From assembly GCA_963719515.1 (NCBI GenBank), contig CAVRCJ010000013.1:128001-192000 (forward strand): a DNA stretch of 64,000 bases, in the 5' to 3' direction. Each line of letters starts with the position of its first letter. Position 1 is the stretch's first letter. This DNA comes from an uncultured cyanobacterium (GTDB taxonomy: Bacteria > Cyanobacteriota > Cyanobacteriia > CAKZMO01). A program made the translations under genes and the position numbers. A model generated the notes under the pieces. It was not told the DNA's origin. It did not search any database and saw nothing but the letters and a program-made list of their open reading frames with translations. Below, piece after piece: positions 40,794 to 52,338 of the stretch.

Positions 40794-41585
40794 GATTCTG
40801 CACTCCAATTTCATCTGTATTCACTGAATTCACTGAGTGAAGCACTCGATGCTGTCGCACCATCCACAAAACCTGCAGCAATTGTTCTGAATTTAGAATT
40901 GTGAATAACCTATAGAAAAGCAATAACCCTGCTGTGCAAATGGGCTACGTCATTAGAAATCCCAAAACGCGTGGACCATAACGGCACAAGCCATAAATCG
41001 AGAAACTTGGTTCTCTCAAAAGCTTTTCTAAAGCGACGATTGCATTCTTCAGCTTAGAGCGGCGATCGTGCTAATGCTGTCTGTGACAATTACCATAAGA
41101 GGACAATCTGTAGCGTATCGCAATGCTGCGTATGGCATCTTCACATAAAATTTATCGGCTCCTGAGCGGCACAATAATTGAATGAAGCAGTTAGCGCGTC
41201 AAACAACTGGCTTAGGAAATCGCGATAAGTGATACTAGGAAAAGGCTTTAGGCCATGGGCTTCACAGACGAACATTTTATCTCCTAAAAGCAAGATTTGT
41301 TCGCCCTATTGTATAGATGTCATGCTTGCGGTTGGGGTACGAGCAATCGCTCTTAGCTCCGTCTACATTACCTTTCCATAGTGGAGTCTTGACGATCTAA
41401 ACTCATGAGATGTTCCCGGAAGCAAAGTCTGCCTATATTTCAACTGTCGTGGAGCACTGCCTTTTTCCGAAGTGTCTTGCCCGCTCAGAAATGCTGCCGC
41501 AACGACTGGCCTGTTGACGGCTTTATAAACCTCATGGTCTCCTTTATTTGGTTCTATAGAGGCCTGAACTTCGCATTTATATTCT

Positions 41586-43409
41586 ATGAATAGACTAAAA
41601 TCTATGTCCTCTGACCTCAGAAAAGGAAACCAAAAAGTCTTTGGAGTGATGATACTCTCGGCGGTCTATGTTACCGTAATCAGGCTTCTAGGGCCATTAA
41701 ATGTAGGGTGGGACCAGAGTATTCAACTCGAAGCAGCCTATCGCTTAATTCAGGGATTGGGGCTAACCAATGCTTTCTCACCTCAAGCCAATCTCAATCA
41801 GTCCCCCATTTCAGAATACCTCACCCACCATCCACCGATCTTCTCCCTACTAGCCGCCGCTTTTCTTGCCGCCGGGATTAGCCTCCCGGCTGTCCTGAAA
41901 CTTATCTACAGTCTTACAACTATTATTGGCTGGGCCGCTTGGTCTCTCGTTAGCTCCCGGTGCCTGGTTGAACCGATTGCGTGCAGCGGACGACTCTTTC
42001 CGGTGAATCTGGTCATAGCTGTCGCGCTGCCAATCTTCTACACGCCTTCCTGGTCAGGAACTGATATTTTTCTTTGGGCCGGCATTCCTGCTATTGCACT
42101 ACTACTGCTACCCCAAGACGGCGAAGCCTTGCTCAGTCACCCCAAGCCTAGAGGTCCAAGCGCTAAGGCGCGCACCCGTATTCAGTTCAGCGGTACAATC
42201 TTGTCAGGCTTAGTTCTTGGTCTGCTGGTCTCGGTGCGCTACTTCAGTATTTTTTTGCTGTTGGCGGCGCTATTCATGACTATTTACGCCTACGGGCCGA
42301 AAATTTCTGTATCGCTCAAACGGTCTCTGGCGATATACCTATCCTCTTTCCTTATTCTGATTCCAACATTTTTATATTTGAGGTGGGCGTCAGCCTTGAC
42401 AAAGGCGAGTATTTCCTCCAGCAATAATCTACTTCAAACACATAAAGCAAGTCATCATAGAGCTGCCGACTCTGACTTCTCCTTACTTGCATCAGCCCCC
42501 GAGGCTATTGAAAGAGTTTTTTCAAGCTTTTAAAAATTGTATAAGCTGACCGGAATAAGTTCAGATAAGCTAGAGTCTTTTTTAAGCTTTAGCCCAATGA
42601 TAAGCGACACACTCGGAGCAATATTTCTACTTGGCATTCTCATACTGGGAGTGACAATACTTTCCTATAGAAATCGAGAGAAATACTCTGTCGGCGTAGA
42701 CATCTCTATCTCTCTTCTACTCACAATCACCGCGTTTGTGCTATTTTCTGTCGCGATCGCTTTTCTTGTACTATATAGCCCACTCGTTATCGATCGATAT
42801 TACGAACCTATTATATTTTGCTTAGTATTGGTGGCTTATAGAGTAACAACCTTGCCTGGTTTCAGCCGCTCGGCTAAGGGCCTATGTGTGATATTAGTCT
42901 TGACCTTTACGCTGTACAACACGCTTCTCAAACCCGCTCAGTGGCTTTTATTCGACAGCAATAAGGACCTGGCATATTCTATTCTGGCAATCGGAACTAA
43001 ACTAGCCGATATTCCATATCCCAGCAACAAAATACTGAACGCTCACGAGGAATCTATCACGTTTCTCAAGGAAATCGAATCTCGAGAGCAAAATGCTTTA
43101 TTTTTTATTCAGGACTACCCGACATACATGGGCTACTTTAATTTCAGCGATCCGCTTAAGGTACGGCGAATTCCTGACCAAGGGTTTTGGGAAAACGCAT
43201 ATTTGAGTCGTCCAACCAGAATATACTGGGTCATCAACGATAGAAAATGCTCCTCAATTTGCGCTTCGGGAGGAAACTTTAATTCCAATAATCCCGATCG
43301 AGCCTTTGAACCAATGCTGTCTTTGCCTGGCTTAAAAACCGTTTTCGAAGGTGAGCAGAACAATACAAGAATTATGGTGTCAAACTTGCCTGCTGGGCAT
43401 CGGTTTTAA
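41586..43409 (+). pseudogene. Polytopic membrane protein (GT-C-like architecture) interrupted by one in-frame TAA
   Basis: ORFs 41586-42533 and 42537-43409 are in the same frame, separated only by TAA (42531-42533) and AAA. Many TM helices, with a WD...HPP first loop. Confidence 0.7.
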
Positions 43410-43459
43410 GCTGAACAAGATCTCTGATCTAGTCTGTATTGGGAGAACTCGGGCCCAAA

Positions 43460-43500
43460 GTTTAGGGGTCATGCCTATGTGCATGACCCCTAGACGTTTT
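43460..43500. terminator. Terminator between convergent genes (infB 3' end)
   Basis: TAGGGGTCATGC-CTATGT-GCATGACCCCTA perfect 12-bp stem. Confidence 0.75.
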
Positions 43501-43510
43501 TGAGTAGCCG

Positions 43511-46504
43511 TTAGACCGCTAAGGTGCGCCGCTTTGTGGTCAGTCGGAAGGCTTCAATAATGTCGCCCTCCTCCCAGCTGTTGAACTTGTCGATGCCAAT
43601 ACCGCATTCGTAGCCAGCAGCAACCTCTTTAGCGTCATCCTTCATCCGCTTTAGAGAATCGAGCGAGCCTTCGTAGACCATCTCGCTACGTCGCTGAACT
43701 CGGACGCGGCAGTTCCGCACCACCTTACCCGACTGGACGTAGCAGCCAGCAACCGCTCCTCGGCCTACGGCAAATACAGCGCGAACCTCCACCTGACCCA
43801 GCGGCTCTTCAACCAACTCGGGCTCCAGGAGACCCTCCATTGCGCCCTGGATGTCTTCCAGTAGCTTATAGATGATGTCATACTCCCGAATGTCAACCCC
43901 AGCTTGATCGGCTGCCTGACGAGCACCGCTCGCCAAGGTGGTGTTGAAGCCAATGATCACAGCACCGCTAGCCGCGGCTAGGTCGACGTCTGTCTCGCTA
44001 ATCTCGCCAGGAGCCGAGAGCAAGACACGCACCTGAACCTCGTCTTGAGGCAGCTGCTGGAGCGAGGCCAAAATTGCTTCTAGCGATCCCTGTACGTCAG
44101 ACTTAATCAGCAGATTAAGCTCCTTAAGGTCACCCTCTTGGGCCTGACTAGACAGCGTATTGAGACTGACCCGACGAGACGCTAGCGTCTGCTGTAGGCG
44201 CGACTGGCGTTGAGCATCGGCGCGGTTGTCGGCGGTTGATCGAGCCTCCTTCTCATCGAGGAAGACCTCGAATTCTTCACCGGCTGCCGGTACGTCGTTT
44301 AGACCCAGCACCTCAACGGCAAAGGAAGGGCTTGCCTCAGGGACGCGATCGCCCCGGTCATCGATCATGGCCCGAACCTTACCGAACACTGAGCCTGCGA
44401 CAATTACATCGCCAATGTGCAGGGTGCCGTTTTGCACCAGCAGGGTAGCTACAGGGCCACGGGCCTTGTCTAGGTTGGCTTCGATCACCGTACCGCGAGC
44501 GGTACGGTCAGGGTTGGCCTGTAGATCTTCTACCTCAGAGACCAGCAGCAGCATCTCCAGCAGTCCGTCCAGGTTCTCGCCTTTGAGGGCGCTGACGGGC
44601 ACCATAATGGTGTCGCCGCCCCACTCCTCCGGAACCAGGCTGTGCTCGGTCAGCTCCTGCTTCACGCGGTCGGGGTTGGCTTCCTCTTTATCGACTTTGT
44701 TGATCGCAACGACAATAGGCACTTCTGCCGCCTGAGCGTGGCGGATCGCCTCGATGGTCTGAGGACGGACACCATCGTCTGCTGCCACTACTAGCACCGC
44801 AATATCGGTTACCCTAGCGCCCCGCGCTCTCATAGCGGTGAAGGCTTCGTGGCCTGGTGTATCGAGGAAGACAATCTGCTGCGACTTGCCGGCGTGCTCC
44901 ACATCAACATGGTAAGCGCCGATGTGCTGGGTAATACCGCCCGCTTCTCCCTGGGCAACTTTCGCTTGGCGAATGGAGTCAAGGAGAGTCGTCTTACCGT
45001 GGTCGACGTGGCCCATGATGGTGACCACGGGTGGGCGACGAACCAGGCTTTCGAAGTCCGTTGCGTCGATCATCTCGGTGACCTTCTTCGCTTCGGCCTC
45101 ATCGGCTTCAGCCTCGACCATCACCTCGTATTCTTCTCCCACCGCCGCTGCTGTAGAGACGTCTAGGATCTGGTTGATGTTGGTGGCAATTCCTTTGAAG
45201 AACAGAGTCTTAATGATGTCAGTTTCCGGCACCATCAGCTGCTCGGCGAGGTCATGTACCGAAATGCCGTCTTCCGAAATACCAATGATTTCAGGCCGCT
45301 CCTCTTTAGGCTCCTGCTCACGGCGATCGCGACGGGTCTGACGACGATCTTGAGAGGGCTTAGACGGTGAAGGCTTACGCCGCGCGGCAGCGGGCTTCGG
45401 TGTTACCCCTCCACCCATACCTTTGGGCTTTGGCGGACGCATTAACGATAGCGACATTTGCTCAGCCGAAACCGCATCAGCATTGCCCGAATCATCATCC
45501 TCATCGAATTCTTCGTCGTCGACGATCAAGTCTCGACGCTTAGGACGAGTCGCCTTAGCGCGCTTCGGAATTTCCTGCTCGTCTTCTTCTTCAGTTTCTT
45601 TCTTCTTGTCGCGTTTAGGCCGCATCGGCGACGGACGCAAGAGACTAATCTCATCAATGACGCTGACGCTAGAGTCATCCGACGTCGTGGTTTTGGTCTC
45701 CTCCGAGCTATCTCCCGTGCGAGCGGGGGTTGGCCGCCCAACGGGTCGCCTCAGCTTGGGCAATTCAGCCAGCCTAGGAGGCTCAACCTCGGGTCTCGCT
45801 CGCGGCGGCGACGGGGCCTCTACTTCAGCCGTCTCCCCAAGCTGGGAGGGTCGCGGGCGCTCAACGGTGGGCGCTGTGGCGCTGACTGTCGCCGACAAAC
45901 CGTTGCCGTTTGTGGCCTCTACCGGTTCGGATCGGTCCTGAGGCCTAACGGGCGGCGAGACTAATGCTGCTGGCTTTTCGAGGGGCTCGACGTTGACCTG
46001 ATCTAGATTTGACCCTGCTTCTACAGGATCTTGAAGCTGGGCCTCGGTCGGCATAGCGGCTCCGTTAGAAGCACCTGACGAAGCGGGTTCAGGAGCCCTC
46101 GCGGCGCGAGGCGGCGCCGCCAATCGGGGAGACTTGACCGGCCTTGGCGGCGGCGGCGCATCGACGGGCCTCTGCTGACGCGCTACGGGCCTATCGACAG
46201 GGGGCTCAGGCTGCGGAGCATCGGATGCCGTTCGCTTGCGAATCTCTAGGATTTGAGGCTTGCGCTTCTGCGGCGGTTTGGGCTTCAGTTCAGGGCGTTC
46301 TCGCTGCGATCGCTTTGCGGCAGGGGGGCGGCTGGCTGAGCGGTTGACGGACGCTGAGCGAATTTGCTCAGCTTCGGACTCTGTGATTGTACTGCTATGG
46401 CTCTTTGCAGCGATATTGAGCTCGTTACAGACGGCTAAAATGTCGCGATTTTCCAAATTTAACTCTTTCGACAACTCGTATATCCTGACTTTGTCGTTGC
46501 TCAT
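43511..46504 (-). CDS. infB: Translation initiation factor IF-2
   Basis: [12 protein letters not shown]-domain, [29 protein letters not shown] and GYECGI. Confidence 0.98.
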   Translation of the reverse strand: MSNDKVRIYELSKELNLENRDILAVCNELNIAAKSHSSTITESEAEQIRSASVNRSASRPPAAKRSQRERPELKPKPPQKRKPQILEIRKRTASDAPQPEPPVDRPVARQQRPVDAPPPPRPVKSPRLAAPPRAARAPEPASSGASNGAAMPTEAQLQDPVEAGSNLDQVNVEPLEKPAALVSPPVRPQDRSEPVEATNGNGLSATVSATAPTVERPRPSQLGETAEVEAPSPPRARPEVEPPRLAELPKLRRPVGRPTPARTGDSSEETKTTTSDDSSVSVIDEISLLRPSPMRPKRDKKKETEEEDEQEIPKRAKATRPKRRDLIVDDEEFDEDDDSGNADAVSAEQMSLSLMRPPKPKGMGGGVTPKPAAARRKPSPSKPSQDRRQTRRDRREQEPKEERPEIIGISEDGISVHDLAEQLMVPETDIIKTLFFKGIATNINQILDVSTAAAVGEEYEVMVEAEADEAEAKKVTEMIDATDFESLVRRPPVVTIMGHVDHGKTTLLDSIRQAKVAQGEAGGITQHIGAYHVDVEHAGKSQQIVFLDTPGHEAFTAMRARGARVTDIAVLVVAADDGVRPQTIEAIRHAQAAEVPIVVAINKVDKEEANPDRVKQELTEHSLVPEEWGGDTIMVPVSALKGENLDGLLEMLLLVSEVEDLQANPDRTARGTVIEANLDKARGPVATLLVQNGTLHIGDVIVAGSVFGKVRAMIDDRGDRVPEASPSFAVEVLGLNDVPAAGEEFEVFLDEKEARSTADNRADAQRQSRLQQTLASRRVSLNTLSSQAQEGDLKELNLLIKSDVQGSLEAILASLQQLPQDEVQVRVLLSAPGEISETDVDLAAASGAVIIGFNTTLASGARQAADQAGVDIREYDIIYKLLEDIQGAMEGLLEPELVEEPLGQVEVRAVFAVGRGAVAGCYVQSGKVVRNCRVRVQRRSEMVYEGSLDSLKRMKDDAKEVAAGYECGIGIDKFNSWEEGDIIEAFRLTTKRRTLAV

Positions 46505-46685
46505 CCCTACCTCATACGTACCAAAAAACTGCTACATAACGACGACCTGATTTTCTACACAAAACAACAGTGAGAATAAGTCTATATCACCTAGCTTCAC
46601 CTAGCTTACAAGGCGATCGCCTTGCCTCAGGGTTACAGAGATCAATTCTAGCCTAATAGTCTGCCTACTTGCAGGGATGCAGATT

Positions 46686-47976
46686 TTGACATCCTCCCCG
46701 CCCTGAAGAGCGGGGATTCCCGGTCTGCCCACTAGGTGGACTCCCGACGGGTGGACGCCTCAGCGCGGATTGCCCCTGACGAGGTCTTATGCCCGCTCCG
46801 CGTCCGTTTAGAGTCTCGGGCTAGCTCCAGCCCAGACGTTTCAATATTGCGGCTAGCATTGCCGTCCCGGTCTTGGGTTTTGCCGCAACCAAGACAGACC
46901 AGCTCTCGAACCGACAGCTCCAGCTTGCCCCAGCGGTAGCCGCAGTCGGCACACTTCTGGCTAGTCGGCTCCCACCGGCTGATGACCGATACCTCGCGTT
47001 CCAGTATCATCGCGGCCTTGGCCTCGCACATCGTTCGCAGATCACGCCAGCCCTGTTGCGCAATAGCGCGGGCCAACTTGCGGTTGCGCACCATGCCGGA
47101 CACGTTCAGGTCTTCAATAGCCACAACGCTATGGTTGCGAATCAGCCAGGTCGAGAGCTTATGCAGAAAATCCTTGCGGATGTCCCGCTGCTTGGCCTTC
47201 AGCTTAGCGATGCGCAGCCGGGTGCGCTCACGGCGCTTCGACCCCTTGACGCGCCTATTCAGCTTGCGCTGCTCACGGCGTATCTTGCGGCCAATGCGGT
47301 CGTAACCAGGAGACTCAACGCGCTGGCCGCTGCTGAGCACCGCGAACGTCTTGATACCCAAGTCCACACCCACGCTTTGGTTCTTGGCGGGGATGCTGAC
47401 GGGTTGAATCAGGGCGACAAAGCTCAGGAAATAGCGGCCAGCGCGGTCTTTGATAACCGTTACCGACGAGGACTCAGGTGGTAGCGGCCTTGACCAGCGC
47501 ACCTTAAGGTTACCTACCTTGGCTAGATACACCTTGTCGCCCTTGAGCGAGAAGCCGCCCTTGCGGAATCGCGCCGACTGGCGATTGTCTTTACGCTTGA
47601 ACCGGGGCGGCATCACCTTTGGTCCTTTGCGCTTGCCTTTGAGCGAATCAAAGAAGTTTTTGAACGCTACGCCCAAATCGGCGATGGACTGCTGCAGCGG
47701 GATATTTGATACCTCGCTCAGCCACTGGCGCTCAACCGTTTTCTTGGCCTGCGTGATGCAAGCCTTCTGAAGGTCGCCATTCTTAGGCAGCGAATCCGAC
47801 TCCTTGCACAGTGCTAGGGCGTCGTTCCACACGACACGGCAGCAGCCAAACAGCTTGGCTAAGCTGATCTGCTGTCCGGACGTGGGATAGACGCGGTACT
47901 GGTAGCGGCACTTCATAAATACAATTGTCCTACAAAAGCCGCCCTAAAGGGCGGGGCTTGAGACCCAGTTTTTTTG
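46686..47976 (-). mobile_element. tnpB-only IS200/IS605 family element (IS1341-type)
   Basis: Minus strand: (C)TGAC target, LE CAAAAAAACTGGGTCTCAAGCCCCGCCCTTTAGGGCGGCTTTT, tnpB, RE GAAT-CCCCGCTCTTCAGGGCGGGG-AGGATGTCAA. No tnpA. Confidence 0.9.
46732..47916 (-). CDS. tnpB: RNA-guided endonuclease TnpB
   Basis: HTH YRVYPT...FGCCRVVWN, RuvC-I GVDLG, RuvC-II IEDLN, Zn finger CADC/CLGC and RuvC-III DRDGNA. Confidence 0.96.
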   Translation of the reverse strand: MKCRYQYRVYPTSGQQISLAKLFGCCRVVWNDALALCKESDSLPKNGDLQKACITQAKKTVERQWLSEVSNIPLQQSIADLGVAFKNFFDSLKGKRKGPKVMPPRFKRKDNRQSARFRKGGFSLKGDKVYLAKVGNLKVRWSRPLPPESSSVTVIKDRAGRYFLSFVALIQPVSIPAKNQSVGVDLGIKTFAVLSSGQRVESPGYDRIGRKIRREQRKLNRRVKGSKRRERTRLRIAKLKAKQRDIRKDFLHKLSTWLIRNHSVVAIEDLNVSGMVRNRKLARAIAQQGWRDLRTMCEAKAAMILEREVSVISRWEPTSQKCADCGYRWGKLELSVRELVCLGCGKTQDRDGNASRNIETSGLELARDSKRTRSGHKTSSGAIRAEASTRREST

Positions 47977-48036
47977 GTCAGGGCTTACCAATATTATCTG
48001 AACTGAGGCTATACCTCGGGTGCCATCAGACGAGAG

Positions 48037-48315
48037 TCAAGGCCCCTTCCCCTGAAAACCCGCCTCGACAGTCGACAGACGCTCCCGCAATGTCCTGTAG
48101 ACATCATCAGGCACAGGAGCCCTCAAGACTTTTCCAAGGCGATTTTTGCGCTGAGCGGCCTGTAGACAGGCTGAGCAGGGGCAGATATAGGCCGAGCGGC
48201 CCATACCGGCATCAAGCTGCAGCGATCGCGAAGGATGGAGCCGGACTACGCGCCAAAAGTCTGACTTGTGGGCGACGCGCCTGCAGCCGATGCAGCGGCG
48301 ATAATTAGTTTCCAT
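48037..48315 (-). CDS. ylxR: YlxR family RNA-binding protein (DUF448)
   Basis: RRCIGCR...GRSAYIC..C; positioned between nusA and infB. Confidence 0.92.
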   Translation of the reverse strand: METNYRRCIGCRRVAHKSDFWRVVRLHPSRSLQLDAGMGRSAYICPCSACLQAAQRKNRLGKVLRAPVPDDVYRTLRERLSTVEAGFQGKGP

Positions 48316-48342
48316 GCAAAGGGGTTGTACTCACGGCATACA

Positions 48343-49830
48343 TTATGGCTCATAAAGCCCTTCTCTAGAGGCGGGCTCCGCGACCGAACGGCCGCCAGCA
48401 ATTGGAAGGTGGGCCGTCTCATCGCTGGTGAATCGCAGCGGCTCGCGATCGAACTTTTCTAGAGGCTCCTCCAAAGGCTCAGCTTCTATTGCCACACCAA
48501 CCTCACTGGGCTCTAGGTCCCCTCCAACCTCAACATAATTTTCTGAGGCTTCTAAAAAGGCAGCTTCACGGGCCTCAAACTCTCTAGCTTCTGCCTCACG
48601 AACCTCCGCCTCGGCTGCCTCACGGGCTTCAGCAGCTTCGCGGGCAATGCTTCTTTGCTCCTCTATCTCGGCCATCCTTTGGTCCTCTGCCTCGTAGTCA
48701 TACTTAGCAGAATCTTTAATGTCAATTTTCCACCCCGTCAGACGAGCCGCTAGGCGAACGTTTTGCCCTTCTTTCCCGATGGCTAAACTCAGCTGGTCCT
48801 CCGCGACCAAGACGTGGGCCTGCCGCTCTTCGGGGTCGACAAGGCGCACTTCGTCGACGCGGGCGGGGCTGAGGGCATTGGCGACGTAGGTAGCGGGGTC
48901 AGGGGACCAGCGGATCACGTCAATCTTTTCGCCCCGGAGCTCATTGACCACCACCTGAATGCGCGACCCTCTGGCCCCAATACAGGCTCCGACCGGGTCA
49001 ACATCGCGCTCTACCGTATCCACCGCAATTTTGGTGCGGGGACCGACAGACCGCGAGGGAGGATTGGCTTCTCGAGCGACCGCCACGATGCGAACAATTT
49101 CGTCCTCAATTTCGGGGACTTCGTTGGCAAACAGGTAGACTACCAAACCCGCATCGGCCCGCGACACGATCAGCTGTGGCCCTCGGTGAGACCCCTCTGA
49201 CACCCGCTTCAGGTAAACCCTGAGCGTCGCGTTGGCCCGGTAGTTGTCGTTGGGCAGCTGCTCTCGCTTCGGCAACTCGGCCTCAACTTCCGGCTGGCCA
49301 AAGCCGCTAGTCACGGACATAATCACCGACTGACGCTCGAATCGCAGCACCCGCGCCTGCAGGACGGTGCCTTCTAGGTCTTTGAACTCCTCTTGAATAA
49401 TTTTCCGCTGCTGGTCCCGCAGCTTTTGAGAGAGCACCTGCTTAGTTTGAATCGCGGCCATCCGGCCAAACTCGGTTTGTTCGGGGGTGACATCTAGAAT
49501 CACGGTATCCCCAAGCTGAGCCTCTGCCGCCACCTCTTGAACTTCGTTAAGGGAGATCTGGTGATCGCCGACGGCCACTGCTTCCACAATCATCTTGGTC
49601 GCCAGAATACGAAAGCCTTCGTCCTCGACGTCAAGCTCAATTTCAAAGTTATCGAAGTAGTCTTCGTCAAACACTTCTGCCGCGTCAGGTCGGTAAGTAC
49701 GGCGGTAGCGCTCATACCCTTTAAGCAGCGCCTCTCGTAGCGCGGCCTGTACCGCTGACTTGGGCAAGTTACGCTCCTGACTGATGCTGTCGATCATGGT
49801 CTGGAGACCGGGCAATTCGACCATTGACAT
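48343..49830 (-). CDS. nusA: Transcription termination factor NusA
   Basis: MSMVELPGL...FGRMAAIQTKQV...DPVGACIGARGSR...LSLAIGKEGQNVRLAARLTGWKIDI; GAGGA RBS before ATG 49830. Confidence 0.97.
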   Translation of the reverse strand: MSMVELPGLQTMIDSISQERNLPKSAVQAALREALLKGYERYRRTYRPDAAEVFDEDYFDNFEIELDVEDEGFRILATKMIVEAVAVGDHQISLNEVQEVAAEAQLGDTVILDVTPEQTEFGRMAAIQTKQVLSQKLRDQQRKIIQEEFKDLEGTVLQARVLRFERQSVIMSVTSGFGQPEVEAELPKREQLPNDNYRANATLRVYLKRVSEGSHRGPQLIVSRADAGLVVYLFANEVPEIEDEIVRIVAVAREANPPSRSVGPRTKIAVDTVERDVDPVGACIGARGSRIQVVVNELRGEKIDVIRWSPDPATYVANALSPARVDEVRLVDPEERQAHVLVAEDQLSLAIGKEGQNVRLAARLTGWKIDIKDSAKYDYEAEDQRMAEIEEQRSIAREAAEAREAAEAEVREAEAREFEAREAAFLEASENYVEVGGDLEPSEVGVAIEAEPLEEPLEKFDREPLRFTSDETAHLPIAGGRSVAEPASREGLYEP

Positions 49831-49969
49831 AGAAATATCCTCTTCAAAAATAGGGGGTGAGGGCTTAGGCCCAAGCGCAGAGTTTTGTGGGAAACAGTCG
49901 CGGTGACGCTGGCTGCGAGCTATCGACTGCGATACGCCGGCTGCTATAGATATCGGCTGCGGCAAAATC

Positions 49970-50431
49970 TCAGTCGCGATCGCTCAGCTGAACCTCCTGA
50001 ATCTGGCTTCTAGGAATGGCGACCTTGCGGCCTCGGCAGCTTAGAACAACTGCTTCATCATCGCGGCTAATCAGCTGCCCTCGCCAAGAAGACTGGCCTT
50101 TAACTGCTTCTGTCGTGGTTACAACGACGGGAAATCCCTTAAATGCTCTAAAGTCTCGATCGCAGGTCAAAATCTCCGATACGCCAGGGCTAGACACCTC
50201 AAGCACGTAGGCCTCAGGGATGACGCCCGACTCATCCAACGCCTCTTCCAACGCCCGACTCATCGTCTCACAGTCGTTTAAGCTGGTGTCCTCCTGCCGG
50301 TTGCGAACGTCAACCCTGAGCACGGGCGGGTTTTGGTTGGTGTGAAACGTGGCGCTGACGACGTCAAGCCCAAGCTGAGCCGCAACGGGGGCCGCAATTT
50401 CGCAAACCTGGGGGATTAGAGGATGGGGCAT
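49970..50431 (-). CDS. rimP: Ribosome maturation factor RimP
   Basis: MPHPLIPQ...LNDCE..SR...YVLEVSSPG; first gene of the nusA operon. Confidence 0.95.
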   Translation of the reverse strand: MPHPLIPQVCEIAAPVAAQLGLDVVSATFHTNQNPPVLRVDVRNRQEDTSLNDCETMSRALEEALDESGVIPEAYVLEVSSPGVSEILTCDRDFRAFKGFPVVVTTTEAVKGQSSWRGQLISRDDEAVVLSCRGRKVAIPRSQIQEVQLSDRD

Positions 50432-50476
50432 GGCGGTCGCCGAGGAGTTATCTAAAACACAGCAAAAAAAAGCAAT

Positions 50477-50502
50477 AAAAAAAGCGGGCTTGACCCCACT
50501 TT
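50477..50502 (-). promoter_or_regulatory. rimP leader hairpin (terminator-like attenuator)
   Basis: Minus strand AAAGTGGG-GTCAAG-CCCGCTTT followed by a T-tract just upstream of rimP, as in the widespread rimP leader. Confidence 0.7.
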
Positions 50503-50717
50503 CAGCATCTAAATTGCTAGAAAGCAATCGCTGCCTCAGCAGACGAAGGCCGTGCAGATGAAGCTGCTGACCCTGTGCGAAGCTGAGCGCGATTCAAATT
50601 TATAGTAGCGCATCTCCCCCATCCTGCAGAGGGAATTGTGTCGAGGTGTTTCAATTCTGCTGCGCGAGCCGCCCAGAAGCCCGACAGGCTCCGCTGGGCC
50701 AAGGAGCGCTTCAAAGC

Positions 50718-52217
50718 CTAGCTTTGAGAAGACTTACGGGTAGTGGCATAGAGCTTTTGGGTCTGCTCCCGCAGCGCTTCCACGTCTTCCTCCCCCAAAC
50801 GTTTGACGTAGTTGACCTTCACCTCTTCGAGCCAAGCGGCGACCAAATCAGCGATCTCTTCGTCGGCGCTGCCCTGCTGAATCTCACGGCGGAAGCTATC
50901 ACCAATATCTTGAATGAGCTTGGCGGTCAGCGCTGCGCCAGTGTCGTCCTGCATAGCGCTGGTGAGACTCGCGTACAGCGCATCGTAAAGCTCTGAGACG
51001 AGCTGCTTGGCCACCCGCTCCGAGGTCGCCTCTACCCCCGGAAGCGATCGCAGCTGAGCATACATTGGGGCAGCCATGAGCGCCGAGTGAACGTTGTGGT
51101 AGAGCAGCGCCTCCACGTCGGGCTTGACCTCGGGCAGCACCCGATAGGTCAAGGTGGACACGATGCGATCGACAATCACCTTGATTTCATCAATATCGTT
51201 GAGGTCAATGTACTGTGCTGCGTCTGAGTTGAGCAGCGATCGCGTGACGTCGCCTTGGCGAATCAGGTTCTGCGCTTGGTCAATCACCCGCAGAATTACT
51301 ACCTCAGTCAGCTCAATGGCAAAGTTGGCGACAATACCCCGGGTAATGCGATTGCGCAGGGGCTCTAGGTCGACCAAGTTGGATTGGTTAATGCGAAAGA
51401 CCACCGGAATGACCCGCAGTCCTCGCCAAAACGGCAGCAGCAAAAACAGGTCGTACCAGCGCCACATCATGGTGTCAAACCAGCTGGTATCGCTGTAGCG
51501 CCGCTGTAGCCACCAGGTGCGGGCCAGAAACTCTATCCCGAAGATGCCGATAAACCAGATGTCAATGAGGATGAAGCGATCGGTGGGAATGCCGCTCAGA
51601 CCGACTAGGGGGGAGTCAATAGTGCGGTAGTAGTTCGCTTCAAACAGGGGGCGAAGCTGGCTGTTGAAAAAGGCGAGCTCTTCAGAGTAGCCCTGCTGCG
51701 TGAGATACTCCTGGCTCCAAAAGTCGTCAAGCGCCTCCTTCGAGGTTTCGAACTCTTGGCCCGTGGCGTCGCCGACGCGATCGCGAATCCGGTCTTTAAT
51801 CCGCTCTAAGGCTCCGGTTTTGTTCGCGATCTCAAAGGGATTTTCGTCCACAATGGCGTCGCTACGGACGCGTAGTTCCCTTAGCAGACTACCCACCTCG
51901 GGGGAGGAAATGCCGGTTTCAACCACCTGCGCCTCGAGGTCATTCACCGTCTCCAGATAGGCGGCAGTTGCCTGCTGGGGCTCAATGCCTTTGAACCGCT
52001 CGCCGTACCAATCGGTAAACTCGGGGACAAACCGCAAATAGTAGTCCCGCAGCGGAATATAGCTATAGTCGAACAGCACCAGAGCAAAGTTCAAAAGGGC
52101 GATCGCCGCCATGATCTTCTCAAACCATCGATTACGGCGGCGGGCTGTGGCGGGCCGCTTAGCGCGTGGACTATTGCGAGGCTTGGCCCGTGGGCTGGTA
52201 GGTTGAAGGGCGGACAT
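50718..52217 (-). CDS. Conserved cyanobacterial membrane protein, function unknown
   Basis: 499-aa ORF with TM segments (FDYSYIPLRDYY; WRWYDLFLLLPFWR). Confidence 0.75.
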   Translation of the reverse strand: MSALQPTSPRAKPRNSPRAKRPATARRRNRWFEKIMAAIALLNFALVLFDYSYIPLRDYYLRFVPEFTDWYGERFKGIEPQQATAAYLETVNDLEAQVVETGISSPEVGSLLRELRVRSDAIVDENPFEIANKTGALERIKDRIRDRVGDATGQEFETSKEALDDFWSQEYLTQQGYSEELAFFNSQLRPLFEANYYRTIDSPLVGLSGIPTDRFILIDIWFIGIFGIEFLARTWWLQRRYSDTSWFDTMMWRWYDLFLLLPFWRGLRVIPVVFRINQSNLVDLEPLRNRITRGIVANFAIELTEVVILRVIDQAQNLIRQGDVTRSLLNSDAAQYIDLNDIDEIKVIVDRIVSTLTYRVLPEVKPDVEALLYHNVHSALMAAPMYAQLRSLPGVEATSERVAKQLVSELYDALYASLTSAMQDDTGAALTAKLIQDIGDSFRREIQQGSADEEIADLVAAWLEEVKVNYVKRLGEEDVEALREQTQKLYATTRKSSQS

Positions 52218-52338
52218 GACTGCTAGATTAAACCAGTGGGTCTCTCACTGTAGCTCCCACGGCACATTATTTCATGTTTGGCAGCGGATTCAGCGATATT
52301 CCGCTCACTCTCTGTAGATTTAGTCAGACTTCTGCTCT

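Noticed and set aside
41405..41593. 62-aa ORF upstream of the membrane gene
   Set aside because: No RBS or domain; probably promoter-region noise.
46587..46608. Tandem TCACCTAGCT(T) duplication upstream of infB, and similar short duplications near 54441-54522
   Set aside because: Two-copy micro-duplications with no further structure.
46686..47976. IStron (group I intron-IS chimera) or nuclease-dead TldR
   Set aside because: Only ~60 nt lie between LE and the tnpB start, leaving no room for an intron core. The insertion is intergenic and all RuvC catalytic residues are present.
48560..48645. REAAEA-type repeats in the NusA C-terminal extension
   Set aside because: Low-complexity acidic tails are common in cyanobacterial NusA.
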